This document shows, piece by piece, positions 29,970 to 38,907 of a stretch of 64,000 bases of DNA (the first letter of the stretch is position 1; each line of letters begins with the position of its first letter). Location: the NCBI GenBank assembly GCA_049303575.1, contig JBAQNH010000002.1, positions 316,541 through 380,540 of the forward strand. Direction: 5' to 3'. Origin of the DNA: Microgenomates group bacterium (GTDB lineage Bacteria; Patescibacteriota; Microgenomatia; UBA1400; MFAQ01). Under the pieces are notes generated by a model. The model had not been told where the DNA came from, ran no database searches, and saw only the letters and a list, made by a program, of their open reading frames with translations. The position numbers and the translations under genes are program-made.

Positions 29970-30821
29970 ATGCAAAGCCTAAGCCCCATAACAATTATCA
30001 AGGCCTCGGGAACCAAGGAGCCTTTTAGTGAAGAAAAAGTTGTTAGGTCACTTGCAACCTCTGGACTATCTCTCGACACCGCCTCTCAAACTGTCGACTA
30101 TCTCAAGCATCATCTAAAACCGGAAATAACCACTAGTGCTATTTATGGTCATGTTTCCTCCTACCTCAAAGAAAATGCTCCCATTGAGAACTACTTCAAC
30201 TATGGTTTAAAAAGAGCCGTTATGGACATGGGACCTTCAGGTTATCCTTTTGAAATTTTGGTCTCAGAAATTCTCAAAACCGAAAATTATAAAACCGAAG
30301 TTGGTGTGATTACCCAGGGCAAGTGTGTCACTCACGAGATAGACGTCATCGCCCAAAAAGAGACAAACAAATACTTTGTTGAGTGTAAATATCACAATAC
30401 TGCGGGTTATAAAACCGACATTCAGGTTGCCCTTTATACCTATGCCCGCTTTCTTGATGTCAACAATCTTCAGAAACAATCAAATCCTGACCAAAATAAT
30501 TTCTCTTGGTTGATAACCAATACTAAAGTAACTTCTGAAGTCGTTGACTACTGCAAGTGCGTCGGCCTCATGGTCACCACCTGGACTCGTCCCGAGGGAC
30601 AAGGTCTTCAGGACAGAATTGTTGCCTCCGGACTTCATCCAATAACCCTACTTTACAATATTCCTAGAACTGATATTAAAGCCCTGCTGGATCGAGGCAT
30701 AGTCACTTGTGTAAAATTAAAAACTGCCATACTAAATAACGAGGTCAACGATATACTGGATCAAGGTAAAAAAACGCTCATTTTAAAAAATATCCAAAAT
30801 ATCTGTAAAAATAATGAATAA
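29970..30821 (+). CDS. ATP-cone domain fused to PD-(D/E)xK restriction-endonuclease-like (Mrr-type) domain
   Basis: The N-terminus (IIKASGTKEPFSEEKVVRSLATSG) looks like an ATP-cone. The middle (FEILVSEILK...HEIDVIAQK...VECKYH) matches the D/E...D...ExK nuclease core. Confidence 0.5.
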   Translation: MQSLSPITIIKASGTKEPFSEEKVVRSLATSGLSLDTASQTVDYLKHHLKPEITTSAIYGHVSSYLKENAPIENYFNYGLKRAVMDMGPSGYPFEILVSEILKTENYKTEVGVITQGKCVTHEIDVIAQKETNKYFVECKYHNTAGYKTDIQVALYTYARFLDVNNLQKQSNPDQNNFSWLITNTKVTSEVVDYCKCVGLMVTTWTRPEGQGLQDRIVASGLHPITLLYNIPRTDIKALLDRGIVTCVKLKTAILNNEVNDILDQGKKTLILKNIQNICKNNE

Positions 30822-31185
30822 TATATTTGTACGAATCGTCCTTATCGTTCTCGCTTTGTTTGGATTGTATAAAATGTTTCCTCAAATTTCCAAGCCAGTT
30901 GATTACTATGTCAAAAATCCCTCATTCCAAAACTCGGTAGTTATTCCGGCAGTTCAAACAGCCAATAATATTCTTCCAGACAAGATAAAAATTCCTACAC
31001 CTCAAGTGATGGGTACCTATACCGACTACTCCACCGACTCGCCCCTAAGACAAATAACCGACGAGGTTAGTAGTCGGGCTGCCGAGCTGGCCACGGAGCA
31101 AATTAATCAGATCAAAAAAGCAGCTTCCGATCAATTTTGCACTATTCTCATCGAGAAAATCAAATCCGACTGCGGTATTCAGTAA
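30814..31185 (+). CDS. Hypothetical signal-anchored protein (123 aa)
   Basis: An N-terminal TM is the only feature. Confidence 0.3.
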   Translation: MNNIFVRIVLIVLALFGLYKMFPQISKPVDYYVKNPSFQNSVVIPAVQTANNILPDKIKIPTPQVMGTYTDYSTDSPLRQITDEVSSRAAELATEQINQIKKAASDQFCTILIEKIKSDCGIQ

Positions 31186-31187
31186 AA

Positions 31188-31490
31188 CTACCCGTAAACA
31201 ATCACTACCCCGATCATGTCCAACTTGGGCAGGTATCTTTTAATTTCATTTCGGAATTTTTCCGCTAGATTAGCCGAGTAAGTGGCATTGTTGGTGTTCT
31301 CCATATGTCCACAAAGTCTATTTTCATACTCGCGTACTATATCCATGATTTTTGCCCCCTCGCGATTGAATTCACCTTGCCATTTTTTTGGATCCTTCTC
31401 GTATTTATCGTGTAACTCCTGAAAAGCATCAAACTCTTTTTCGTGTTTCTGAACCATCTCGTTGAAAATTTCTAAGTATTTCGTAGCCAT
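31188..31490 (-). CDS. Hypothetical protein (about 100 aa)
   Basis: ORF only. The start was trimmed to an internal Met to avoid overlap with the divergent kinase gene. Confidence 0.3.
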   Translation of the reverse strand: MATKYLEIFNEMVQKHEKEFDAFQELHDKYEKDPKKWQGEFNREGAKIMDIVREYENRLCGHMENTNNATYSANLAEKFRNEIKRYLPKLDMIGVVIVYG

Positions 31491-31509
31491 AAAAATATTG
31501 TAGTACACT

Positions 31510-32124
31510 TTGGTAATGGAGAAAATCATCATTGGTCTTACGGGCTCACTTTGTTCGGGAAAGGGCACGATAGCCAGCCACCTAAAAGACCTCGGTTTTC
31601 ACCACCAAGTTCTCTCGGACAGAATTAGAGACGAAATCCGTTCCAGGGGGCAGGAAATAACCAGAACCCTTCTTCAAGATGTCGGTAACGAACTCCGGGA
31701 AACTTATGGTGGTTCCGTTCTTGCCGAAAGAACCGCCCTCTTGCTGGTTGGCATCGAAGGTAATATCGTCATCGACGGTGTCCGTAATCCTGATGAAATG
31801 ATTTTTTTAAGAGATAATTTTGGTGCCAAAATTATTGGCATTGACGCTCCTAAGGAAAAACGACTAGAGTGGTATCTTCAAAGAGCAAAAGATAGGGGAG
31901 AAGATGGCACTACCGTCGCCGATTTCCAAAAACACGACGATCGGGACTCCGGAATCGGCGAAAATAGTCTTGGCCAGCAAGTCGATAAGTGTTTACAAAT
32001 GGCCGATACTATCCTTTGGAACACCGGCTCCAAGGTAGAACTTTTTAGTGAATGCGATTTATTTCTCAGGAAAACTCTCGGCTTTGACCCGGAAATTCAC
32101 CGCTCCTTAAAAGAAAGAAAATAA
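31510..32124 (+). CDS. P-loop nucleotide/nucleoside kinase-like protein
   Basis: Walker A is IIGLTGSLCSGKGT. A VIDGVRNPDEM motif resembles the adenylate/cytidylate kinase fold. Specificity is unclear. Confidence 0.45.
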   Translation: MVMEKIIIGLTGSLCSGKGTIASHLKDLGFHHQVLSDRIRDEIRSRGQEITRTLLQDVGNELRETYGGSVLAERTALLLVGIEGNIVIDGVRNPDEMIFLRDNFGAKIIGIDAPKEKRLEWYLQRAKDRGEDGTTVADFQKHDDRDSGIGENSLGQQVDKCLQMADTILWNTGSKVELFSECDLFLRKTLGFDPEIHRSLKERK

Positions 32125-32436
32125 CTACTCTTCCGTTGTGTATTTATTTACAAACTTGTATGCCCACGTCAAATTTATGTCTTCCGAGTTTGAGTACATA
32201 AAAGCCAGCTCTTTTTTCTCCATTATCGAAAAGAACTCTTCCCAAGAAATATTTTTAGTTACTTCTCTTTTTCCGCTCAGCATTCCCTCATCTTTTCTTC
32301 CCTTCCAGTTTATTCTCAATCCAATACTATCGGTAGTTATCTCCGGGTCATCAATTATTGCTGGTGTTCCCTCATGACTCTCCACCCAATTTTTTATTTC
32401 CTCATTACTTCCCGCCAATTTATATACTACTTCCAT
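32125..32436 (-). CDS. Hypothetical protein (103 aa)
   Basis: ORF only. Confidence 0.3.
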   Translation of the reverse strand: MEVVYKLAGSNEEIKNWVESHEGTPAIIDDPEITTDSIGLRINWKGRKDEGMLSGKREVTKNISWEEFFSIMEKKELAFMYSNSEDINLTWAYKFVNKYTTEE

Positions 32437-32464
32437 AACTAAATATTAGCACGAAAAATTACAA

Positions 32465-33205
32465 CTAAGCCAGTTTTTCTTGTCTTAATTTCTCAAATAG
32501 TACCAGCGCTGTTGCCACACTTACGTTCAACGAAGCCACTTCTCTATTCATCGGGATATTCACAAAAATATCACACTCTTTTTGCAACGGTTCCGAAAGT
32601 CCCACCGCCTCTCCTCCCATCACAAAAGCTACCGGTCCCCTAAGATTTGTTTCGGTATATGGCTTGCCCATATCTACCTCCACTCCCACCATGGGGACTG
32701 CATACTCGTGTAGTAATTTGGCTGCCTGAAACATGCTCATTCCGATAAGTGGCACATAGGCCGCTCCTCCCATAGATACTTTGGCGACTACCGGCGTCAC
32801 TTCGTGTACTCCATTTGGCGAAGCAATCACGGCATCCACCCCAGCTGCCCAAGCAGTTCGGAGGATTGCCCCCAGATTTTGTTCATAGTCGATGTGATTT
32901 ACCAACAAAAGAAAAACATCTCGTTTTGCTTTTAAAATTTGTTCCAGTGTTGGAATCTCGGGAATCTCCATCAAAGCCACCACCCCTTGAGGATTTCGGG
33001 AATCACACATTTTTAAGAGTTCCTCATTTGTTACTTTTTGCACCGGCACATTGTTTTTTCTAGCCAGGTTTTCAATCTCTCTGATTCGAGGTTCACTCAG
33101 CGTCTGAACCGCCAAAAGCACGGAGGCAATTTTCTTGTCCGAATTCAGTGCATCATGCACCATATTTCTACCTTCAAGGGTAATAAATTGTGGATTTCTT
33201 TTCAC
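32465..33205 (-). CDS. TrmH/SpoU-family RNA 2'-O-methyltransferase (RlmB-like)
   Basis: It has an N-terminal substrate-binding domain and a SPOUT domain (NLGAILRTAWAAGVDAVI...VVALMEIPE...LSEPLQKECDIFVNIPM). Confidence 0.65.
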   Translation of the reverse strand: MKRNPQFITLEGRNMVHDALNSDKKIASVLLAVQTLSEPRIREIENLARKNNVPVQKVTNEELLKMCDSRNPQGVVALMEIPEIPTLEQILKAKRDVFLLLVNHIDYEQNLGAILRTAWAAGVDAVIASPNGVHEVTPVVAKVSMGGAAYVPLIGMSMFQAAKLLHEYAVPMVGVEVDMGKPYTETNLRGPVAFVMGGEAVGLSEPLQKECDIFVNIPMNREVASLNVSVATALVLFEKLRQEKLA

Positions 33206-33230
33206 CTCTATATTTTATCCTATTTCCTGC

Positions 33231-34328
33231 TCAACCTCGGATTAACAGTTTTGTGGAGCAGGGCAGCAGTTTTTCCACAATTCCCATCTTTATAGCTTCT
33301 TTTTCGGTGAGCTTGTCACAAATATCCAAGAGTGCTTTGTTGGAAAGCCCTACTCCAGCCAACTCAAGATCCGACTCCTCCATCGGCATTTCTGGTCCTC
33401 CCCAAAAAGTTCCTGTCCAGTTACATCGGATGCAGGCTTTTCCTAGGTTTTCCCCAAACATACCACTCATCAGGGCGTGTAGCTCGAAATCAGCTGCCTG
33501 GTTTTGGTTCCGGGGATAGGGAGAATAATATCGCAGAGGTGGTTGCGTATCTAAAAGCACTCCTGCCACTCCTGCCACAAACTCCACTCCTTTTTCTTTA
33601 CATAATTTTTCAATTACTTCGAGTCCGAATCTCGTTGCCATTGGTGCGATAATCACCACTTTATTTGGTAACCGTCCCATTTCTTCCAATTTTTCAATCA
33701 TCGCCACATGTTGCATTCCGGAAGCCACCGGATCACACAAAAACAAAGTTTGTAAGGTTTGGCCAAATCCTTCTAAATTAGGCTCCGACGCAAAATACGC
33801 TGTTCTATTGTATTCATTTTCTGCCGGCTTGTGACTAATGCCCACCATCGTCGTTGGTAAGTTTTCTCTTGTGGTCAGATAGATTGCCTTTTGCATTTGG
33901 GTCAGATGACCTTCTCGAGCGAAATAAATAATGCCGCTATTTTCCGAGTTTGCCTCCAAAATCGCCTCCTTAATTATTTTTGTCTGAGCTAGCTGGTACA
34001 CGGCAATCTCCATATCTATCTGTGCCGGAACTCCCAGATGAAATCTCGGGAGGACAAACTTAAGTTTCCTGTTTTCAACATCGGGAATAAAACACCCTGC
34101 TCCACTTACCGCCTCCGCTTCTGGAGATGACACTATCGAGATATTTTTTCTCTTTTCTCCATCCAAATTTATTTCCAAAACAGACAGACTTGTATAAGTT
34201 CCAATCCAATGGGAATATGCCTCAGAATTTCTAACGGACAAGCAAGATCTCGAAAAAGAAAACTGTTTTTCCGAGGCTTCGACCTCTTTTGCTAAGCTAT
34301 AAAAAAGACCCTCTTTCATAAGGGCCAA
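33231..34328 (-). CDS. Hypothetical protein with phosphoribosyltransferase-like segment
   Basis: LFLCDPVASGMQ resembles the UPRTase PRPP-binding loop (xxDPMLATGGS). The rest is unassigned. Confidence 0.3.
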   Translation of the reverse strand: MALMKEGLFYSLAKEVEASEKQFSFSRSCLSVRNSEAYSHWIGTYTSLSVLEINLDGEKRKNISIVSSPEAEAVSGAGCFIPDVENRKLKFVLPRFHLGVPAQIDMEIAVYQLAQTKIIKEAILEANSENSGIIYFAREGHLTQMQKAIYLTTRENLPTTMVGISHKPAENEYNRTAYFASEPNLEGFGQTLQTLFLCDPVASGMQHVAMIEKLEEMGRLPNKVVIIAPMATRFGLEVIEKLCKEKGVEFVAGVAGVLLDTQPPLRYYSPYPRNQNQAADFELHALMSGMFGENLGKACIRCNWTGTFWGGPEMPMEESDLELAGVGLSNKALLDICDKLTEKEAIKMGIVEKLLPCSTKLLIRG

Positions 34329-34462
34329 AAATACTTGTTTCTAATATCTCGCAAACAAAAAACCAGGTATGTTTTTTTCATCTCCTGGAATTTCAGTATA
34401 ACTTTCTTTTTCTACTAAATCAAATTTTAGATTCTTCAAAAAAGGATACTGATAGGAGGTGC

Positions 34463-34879
34463 TTAAGTATTATTTTGAACTTTCTCAATCTTAAATTTGT
34501 GCCCATTTAATTCATACTCGAAGCCTACTTCTTTTCCTATAATAATTTTTGAAAGTGGGGTGTCTTCGCTTATCAGGGTAATTCCATCAATCGTTATTCC
34601 TCCTAAGCCATCTGGGACAATAAAAAATCTATATCTTGTGCCATTACTGAGATTAAGAAGGTCATAGATGGTCTGAAACTCTCCAATTCTTCTCTTTAAT
34701 TGCTGAATACTCCTTTTCTCCTCCAGCAAGCTGTTATAGAGCTGGTTGGCAACTTGCCTTGTCTGGTCATGTTGAGACTCCATTGGAGTGGCACTATTAT
34801 CACGTTCAAAGGCAACATGTTTAATGCTGTTTTCTACAGATTCAATTTTCTCGTTTAGGATGCTGGACAAGTCAATCAC
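34463..34879 (-). CDS. GreA/GreB-family transcript cleavage factor paralog (divergent N-terminus)
   Basis: It has a C-terminal FKBP-like Gre domain (RFFIVPDGLGGITIDGITLISEDTPLSKIIIGKEVGFEYEL) preceded by a coiled coil. Confidence 0.55.
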   Translation of the reverse strand: MIDLSSILNEKIESVENSIKHVAFERDNSATPMESQHDQTRQVANQLYNSLLEEKRSIQQLKRRIGEFQTIYDLLNLSNGTRYRFFIVPDGLGGITIDGITLISEDTPLSKIIIGKEVGFEYELNGHKFKIEKVQNNT

Positions 34880-34896
34880 AAAGTTAAATTATACAG

Positions 34897-35182
34897 TGGC
34901 TCACCACTCAGTAGAATTGCCTCGCGGTTTGCCAACTGCTTGCCGGCAGTATTACGGTCGCGCGAGACGAATTTTGTATCCCGCCTGCGGGCGGGATGAT
35001 TTGCCTTCGGCAAAGTGCCAACTTCGCATTCAGCGATTGTGGCGAAGCTCTCTCAATATATGGCTCGTTTCACAATCTCGCCATATAAATATCAACTAGT
35101 TAGGAGAGTATTTTACTATCTAACATTTAATGGTTGAGATATCATTGTCCTGACGGCAAAAATGCCTGCTTCTCAGGCACAA
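34897..35182 (+). repeat. Structured repeat copy A (modules Y+Z, long form, + orientation)
   Basis: It is about 90% identical to 38475-38791. It contains atcccgcc-UGCG-ggcgggat and uugcc-UUCG-ggcaa tetraloop hairpins and a terminal ugccug-cuucu-caggca hairpin. Confidence 0.75.
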
Positions 35183-35223
35183 TGAACACAGGTTTAAATT
35201 AAGAACTATTAATGTTAATATAA

Positions 35224-35862
35224 ATGCATATGGAAGAATCCACTGAGGGTATTGAACTAAATGATAAAAAATCTACTACGTCTGTCGAGAAGACAAGGAC
35301 AAGATGGGAAGAACTTAGTATTGGTGCCAAAAAAAGTCTAGACAAGTTGTTTAAGCTTGGAGAGTATAAAGAAATATCATTAGCTGAGGCTATTGGACGT
35401 ATTGATAAAGCTCCTTCAATTATTGAAGACAAAGGAGTGAGTGTTTTTGGTCATGAAGTCGAAGACCCCCTAGCCTTTACGGTGAAATATTTGCAAGAAT
35501 CAATGAAAATACTGACAAAAAAAGAAGGTGATAGTGTAAATTGCGGTAGATTGTACGAAGTGCTTGGAGATATTTTTGCAAAAGATACATCCCATGACGA
35601 AAAAGTAGATAGGCGCGAGTGGGATGAATTTATAATCGCACAATATGACGAAGCGATGCGAATATACAATGGGGCAGGAGATACAAGAAGATATTGGGAT
35701 GTTGACCTAAAGAATAATGTAATTAAGGGTGGCGTAGAAGATGTTGTTCTATCGAATGGGGAACACTATGGCTACAGGAAAGACTTACTTAATATGTTTG
35801 CTGAGGAGAGAAGAAAAAGAAGAGAAGAAGATCATAATATGCATCGAAATAAGAGCGTATAA
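35224..35862 (+). CDS. Hypothetical protein (212 aa), first gene of two-gene island operon
   Basis: ORF only. Its stop lies 8 bp before the next start. Confidence 0.35.
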   Translation: MHMEESTEGIELNDKKSTTSVEKTRTRWEELSIGAKKSLDKLFKLGEYKEISLAEAIGRIDKAPSIIEDKGVSVFGHEVEDPLAFTVKYLQESMKILTKKEGDSVNCGRLYEVLGDIFAKDTSHDEKVDRREWDEFIIAQYDEAMRIYNGAGDTRRYWDVDLKNNVIKGGVEDVVLSNGEHYGYRKDLLNMFAEERRKRREEDHNMHRNKSV

Positions 35863-35869
35863 ATGAGGT

Positions 35870-37600
35870 ATGGATGATGCAGTGGGAGGTTTTGAGATAG
35901 AAACAACAGATAATAATACTCCAAAAGCGGAAGCGGTGGAGAAACAAACTTCGAAAATTGAGGTGAAAGACGGTCGTGGAGAAAAAGCCGATGTAATACA
36001 AACGGCAGAATTCAAAACAAAACTTGAAAATGATAAAGTTGAAGAAAAGCTGACACAGTTTGAAAATTTAGTAGGAAAATACACAAAACAAAAGGTTTCG
36101 GAAGGATTTAAAATCAATGTCGTTTATGGTTCTGCCGGAAATGGAGAGGTGGTAGATGGAGTTCTTTCAGTGAATTTACCAACTCAAAACGAAATAGACA
36201 TTGTTCAAAATGATGAGAGAGCAAAACCATTTTTGGATGTACTGACAAAAGCGGGTACAACGTATAAGGAATTTTCATTGGCACTAGCTTCTTCAACGAC
36301 GATACACGAATCAGAACATATGATTATTGACAGTAGACCAAATTCACAACTAGCAAGGGATTTTGAAAGTGCTCAACCTCTTGATCAAAAAATTATTCTC
36401 GATGAAGCAGGCCACGCGTTGTCGCTTCTTGATGAAGGAATTACATACGCATTTCAAATGGAAATAGATAGTGGAAGCGAATTATTCCAGAAACTGGAGG
36501 GGGATAAACCACCGTCAGAGGAAAGTTTTACAATATCAACCAGAAAACGACTGGGTGAGATTCTCAGGCCAAAATTGAAAGAGTATATCGATAATGGAAA
36601 CGATATAGATGGAGATTTTTTAAAGTTTGCGGGTGAGGAGATGAAGAAACTGGGTATCGAAAAATATGTAGCGGAAGCGGAAAACGAGAGAAGAGAGAAA
36701 ATGGTTTGGAGGGAGGCAGAACCAGTGCTAAATGATTGGGAAGGCAGATTGGCGTCATATGAAGAAAAACACCGCACACAGATATCTAAATCATTAGGCA
36801 TTATGGCTCATCTATTTGGAAAAAATACTCCGGAAAAAATCAACGTCGACCTTCATTACTTGGCAAGAAGAGACAGCTCGAAAGGTGAACCTGTTTCTAA
36901 CTTAGTTGACAACAATCTATTAGCAAAAAATGATACAGACGTTATTTACTGGCTTGGTAAGGTCACTCGATTATCTAGTGATGGTCCAGAACAAATTGAG
37001 GAAGAAGAAAGAAGACAAACAGCAAAAATAATACATGAAATGATTCATCAGGATTTTCAAAGTGAAAACAGTGTATTTAAAGACGTGTTGAATGAGTCAA
37101 ACAATAATCCGGAGATTATTGAATTAAGGAAAGAACTTATGTCGGGTCAAGCCAACTATCTTGAACCAGAAGCTGAACTTACAGCCATCTATCTGGAACA
37201 ATACGCAGATAAAATTTTAAAGGAAGAAACTTCTAATGATGGAACATCCACAAGTCAACAAATAATTGACTATCGGTTAGATAATGATAGGTTTCAAGAA
37301 ATTTTCAATGCGGTTATAGAAGCAGATGACGCAGAAAAGTGGAAAGATGGCGGTCCGTATAGAAGCACACATGATGGTTGGAAAGGTTTATATACAGAAA
37401 AAAATGAAAACATCGTTTCTACGGCTCCAGAAGCTAGTAATCAACCTCGACCTCCTCACGAGCTTTCAATCTACGAGCTAGGAACAAAAATAACCGATTT
37501 TTCTCTAATCGAAAAGTATGTTATAGAAGGAAAACAGATGGATTTACTCTTTGTAAAGGAACTGTACAAACTGTTTTTAGCTCAAAAAAATACTAGGTGA
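35870..37600 (+). CDS. Hypothetical acidic protein with two HExxH motifs (possible duplicated metallopeptidase-like fold)
   Basis: 576 aa with TIHESEHMIID (around residue 146) and IIHEMIHQDF (around residue 390). No signal peptide is present. Confidence 0.4.
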   Translation: MDDAVGGFEIETTDNNTPKAEAVEKQTSKIEVKDGRGEKADVIQTAEFKTKLENDKVEEKLTQFENLVGKYTKQKVSEGFKINVVYGSAGNGEVVDGVLSVNLPTQNEIDIVQNDERAKPFLDVLTKAGTTYKEFSLALASSTTIHESEHMIIDSRPNSQLARDFESAQPLDQKIILDEAGHALSLLDEGITYAFQMEIDSGSELFQKLEGDKPPSEESFTISTRKRLGEILRPKLKEYIDNGNDIDGDFLKFAGEEMKKLGIEKYVAEAENERREKMVWREAEPVLNDWEGRLASYEEKHRTQISKSLGIMAHLFGKNTPEKINVDLHYLARRDSSKGEPVSNLVDNNLLAKNDTDVIYWLGKVTRLSSDGPEQIEEEERRQTAKIIHEMIHQDFQSENSVFKDVLNESNNNPEIIELRKELMSGQANYLEPEAELTAIYLEQYADKILKEETSNDGTSTSQQIIDYRLDNDRFQEIFNAVIEADDAEKWKDGGPYRSTHDGWKGLYTEKNENIVSTAPEASNQPRPPHELSIYELGTKITDFSLIEKYVIEGKQMDLLFVKELYKLFLAQKNTR

Positions 37601-37658
37601 AGATACGTCTGACGAGTTCCCTAAATCCACTTAAGATAATAATATAAGATACATTAAG

Positions 37659-37837
37659 TTTTGCGTTTTCTTTTCATTTTCGTACGACTGCGGTAGTGCA
37701 TTCGAGCCGATGTGGAGTTTATCCGCCTTTGGCGGAGCAGGCAGTTGGCGAACCGCTAGGCCATTAGACCGAGCGGTGAGCCATTAAGTTAGTAATTCTG
37801 TTGGAAATAGGTCCGAACTTCGTTATAACACCTCACA
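37659..37837 (-). repeat. Structured repeat copy C (modules W+Y'+X', inverted orientation, ends at precise X terminus ...ttataacacctcaca)
   Basis: The reverse complement of 37738-37837 matches 38421-38520, the start of copy B. The 5' part (ttttgcgttttcttttc...tgcggtagtgc...ttcgagccgatg) matches 44930-44985. Confidence 0.7.
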
Positions 37838-37982
37838 TATTTTGTGACCCCCCAGGGTTGCTGGAATGGAACCACATTTGGGAAGAACTCAAATCGATCT
37901 ACCGCACGACTAGTCACCCTCAAACTCCAGCCCAATCTTACTACCAATAGGTTATGGAACTATCGATAAAACACAACACTTA

Positions 37983-38402
37983 TTAAACCTGATTAGTTCT
38001 GGTTAAGAAATCCAATAATCCTGCACTAACAAACTCTCTACACTCCTCACTATCAGTATTCTCATGAGTTTCTAACCACTTATCAAGCAATAGCCCCATT
38101 TCAGTAAACTGTCCGTCTACATCAATAACTTTAACTCTTGGATTTTCTGGAATATCAACCTCAACCCAAGTTTTTTTGTCAGTCTTGAAATCATAACTCC
38201 AATGTCCCCAGTTTCCTTGTTCGTTCATCCTGCCAAGTCCAATCTCTAATCCATTTGGGTAAACCAAAGAATATGCTTCATCAACAAACATAGATGGATC
38301 ATGTCCGGCAAGATTCAAATCGTATGTATTGTTGAATACGACTTTGATAACTTCAAACTCTCTCTTCTCCTTTACTGGTTCATTTTCACTCATAATAAAC
38401 AC
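37983..38402 (-). CDS. Hypothetical protein (139 aa) bracketed by inverted X termini
   Basis: Clean ORF with no motif. It lies within the 583-bp segment between X' (ending 37837) and X (starting 38421). Confidence 0.35.
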   Translation of the reverse strand: MFIMSENEPVKEKREFEVIKVVFNNTYDLNLAGHDPSMFVDEAYSLVYPNGLEIGLGRMNEQGNWGHWSYDFKTDKKTWVEVDIPENPRVKVIDVDGQFTEMGLLLDKWLETHENTDSEECREFVSAGLLDFLTRTNQV

Positions 38403-38420
38403 ATTGTATCACTAGTAATT

Positions 38421-38791
38421 GTGAGGTGTTATAACGAAGTTCGGACCTATTTCCGACAGAATTACTAACTTAATGGCTCACCGCTCGGCCTAACGGCCTC
38501 GCGGTTCGCCAACTGCCTGTCGGCAGTATTACGGTCGCGCGATACGAATTCTGTATCCCGCCTGCGGGCGGGATGATTTGCCTTCGGCAAAGTGCCAACT
38601 TCGTTGTCACATCTTTATGTTCGTCACAAGATCGCCTTGAGCGATTGTGACGAAGCTCTCTCAATTATGGCTCGTTTACCAATCTCGCCATATAAATATC
38701 AGCTAGTTAGGAGAGAATTTTACTATCTGATATTTTAGGATTGAGATAGCATTTGGCCTGTCGGCCAAAGTGCCTGCTTCGCAGGCACAAT
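38421..38791 (+). repeat. Structured repeat copy B (modules X+Y+Z, full long form, + orientation)
   Basis: It starts with tgtgaggtgttataacgaag. It contains the same UGCG and UUCG tetraloop hairpins as copy A, plus an extra ggcc-uaac-ggcc hairpin and a 24-nt insertion. Confidence 0.75.
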
Positions 38792-38907
38792 AAGACGTTA
38801 TTTGGGTACTCGTGATAATAAAAACACACTTTTTAATCTCTATTAACTGGTTAGATTCTTGGGCATTATATCCTTAACAATCCCGTTAGGGTAAAATAAG
38901 ACCAAAT

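Noticed and set aside
34897-38791. Considered whether the long structured repeat is RNase P RNA, tmRNA, 6S RNA or a group II intron fragment
   Set aside because: It lacks the RNase P conserved regions (GGAAAGUCCGGGC and AGGGUGAAA). It has no tRNA-like 3' end or tag ORF that would indicate tmRNA. Two tandem-oriented copies plus inverted sub-copies do not fit a single-copy housekeeping RNA. No intron domain V or VI-like motif or reverse transcriptase is nearby.
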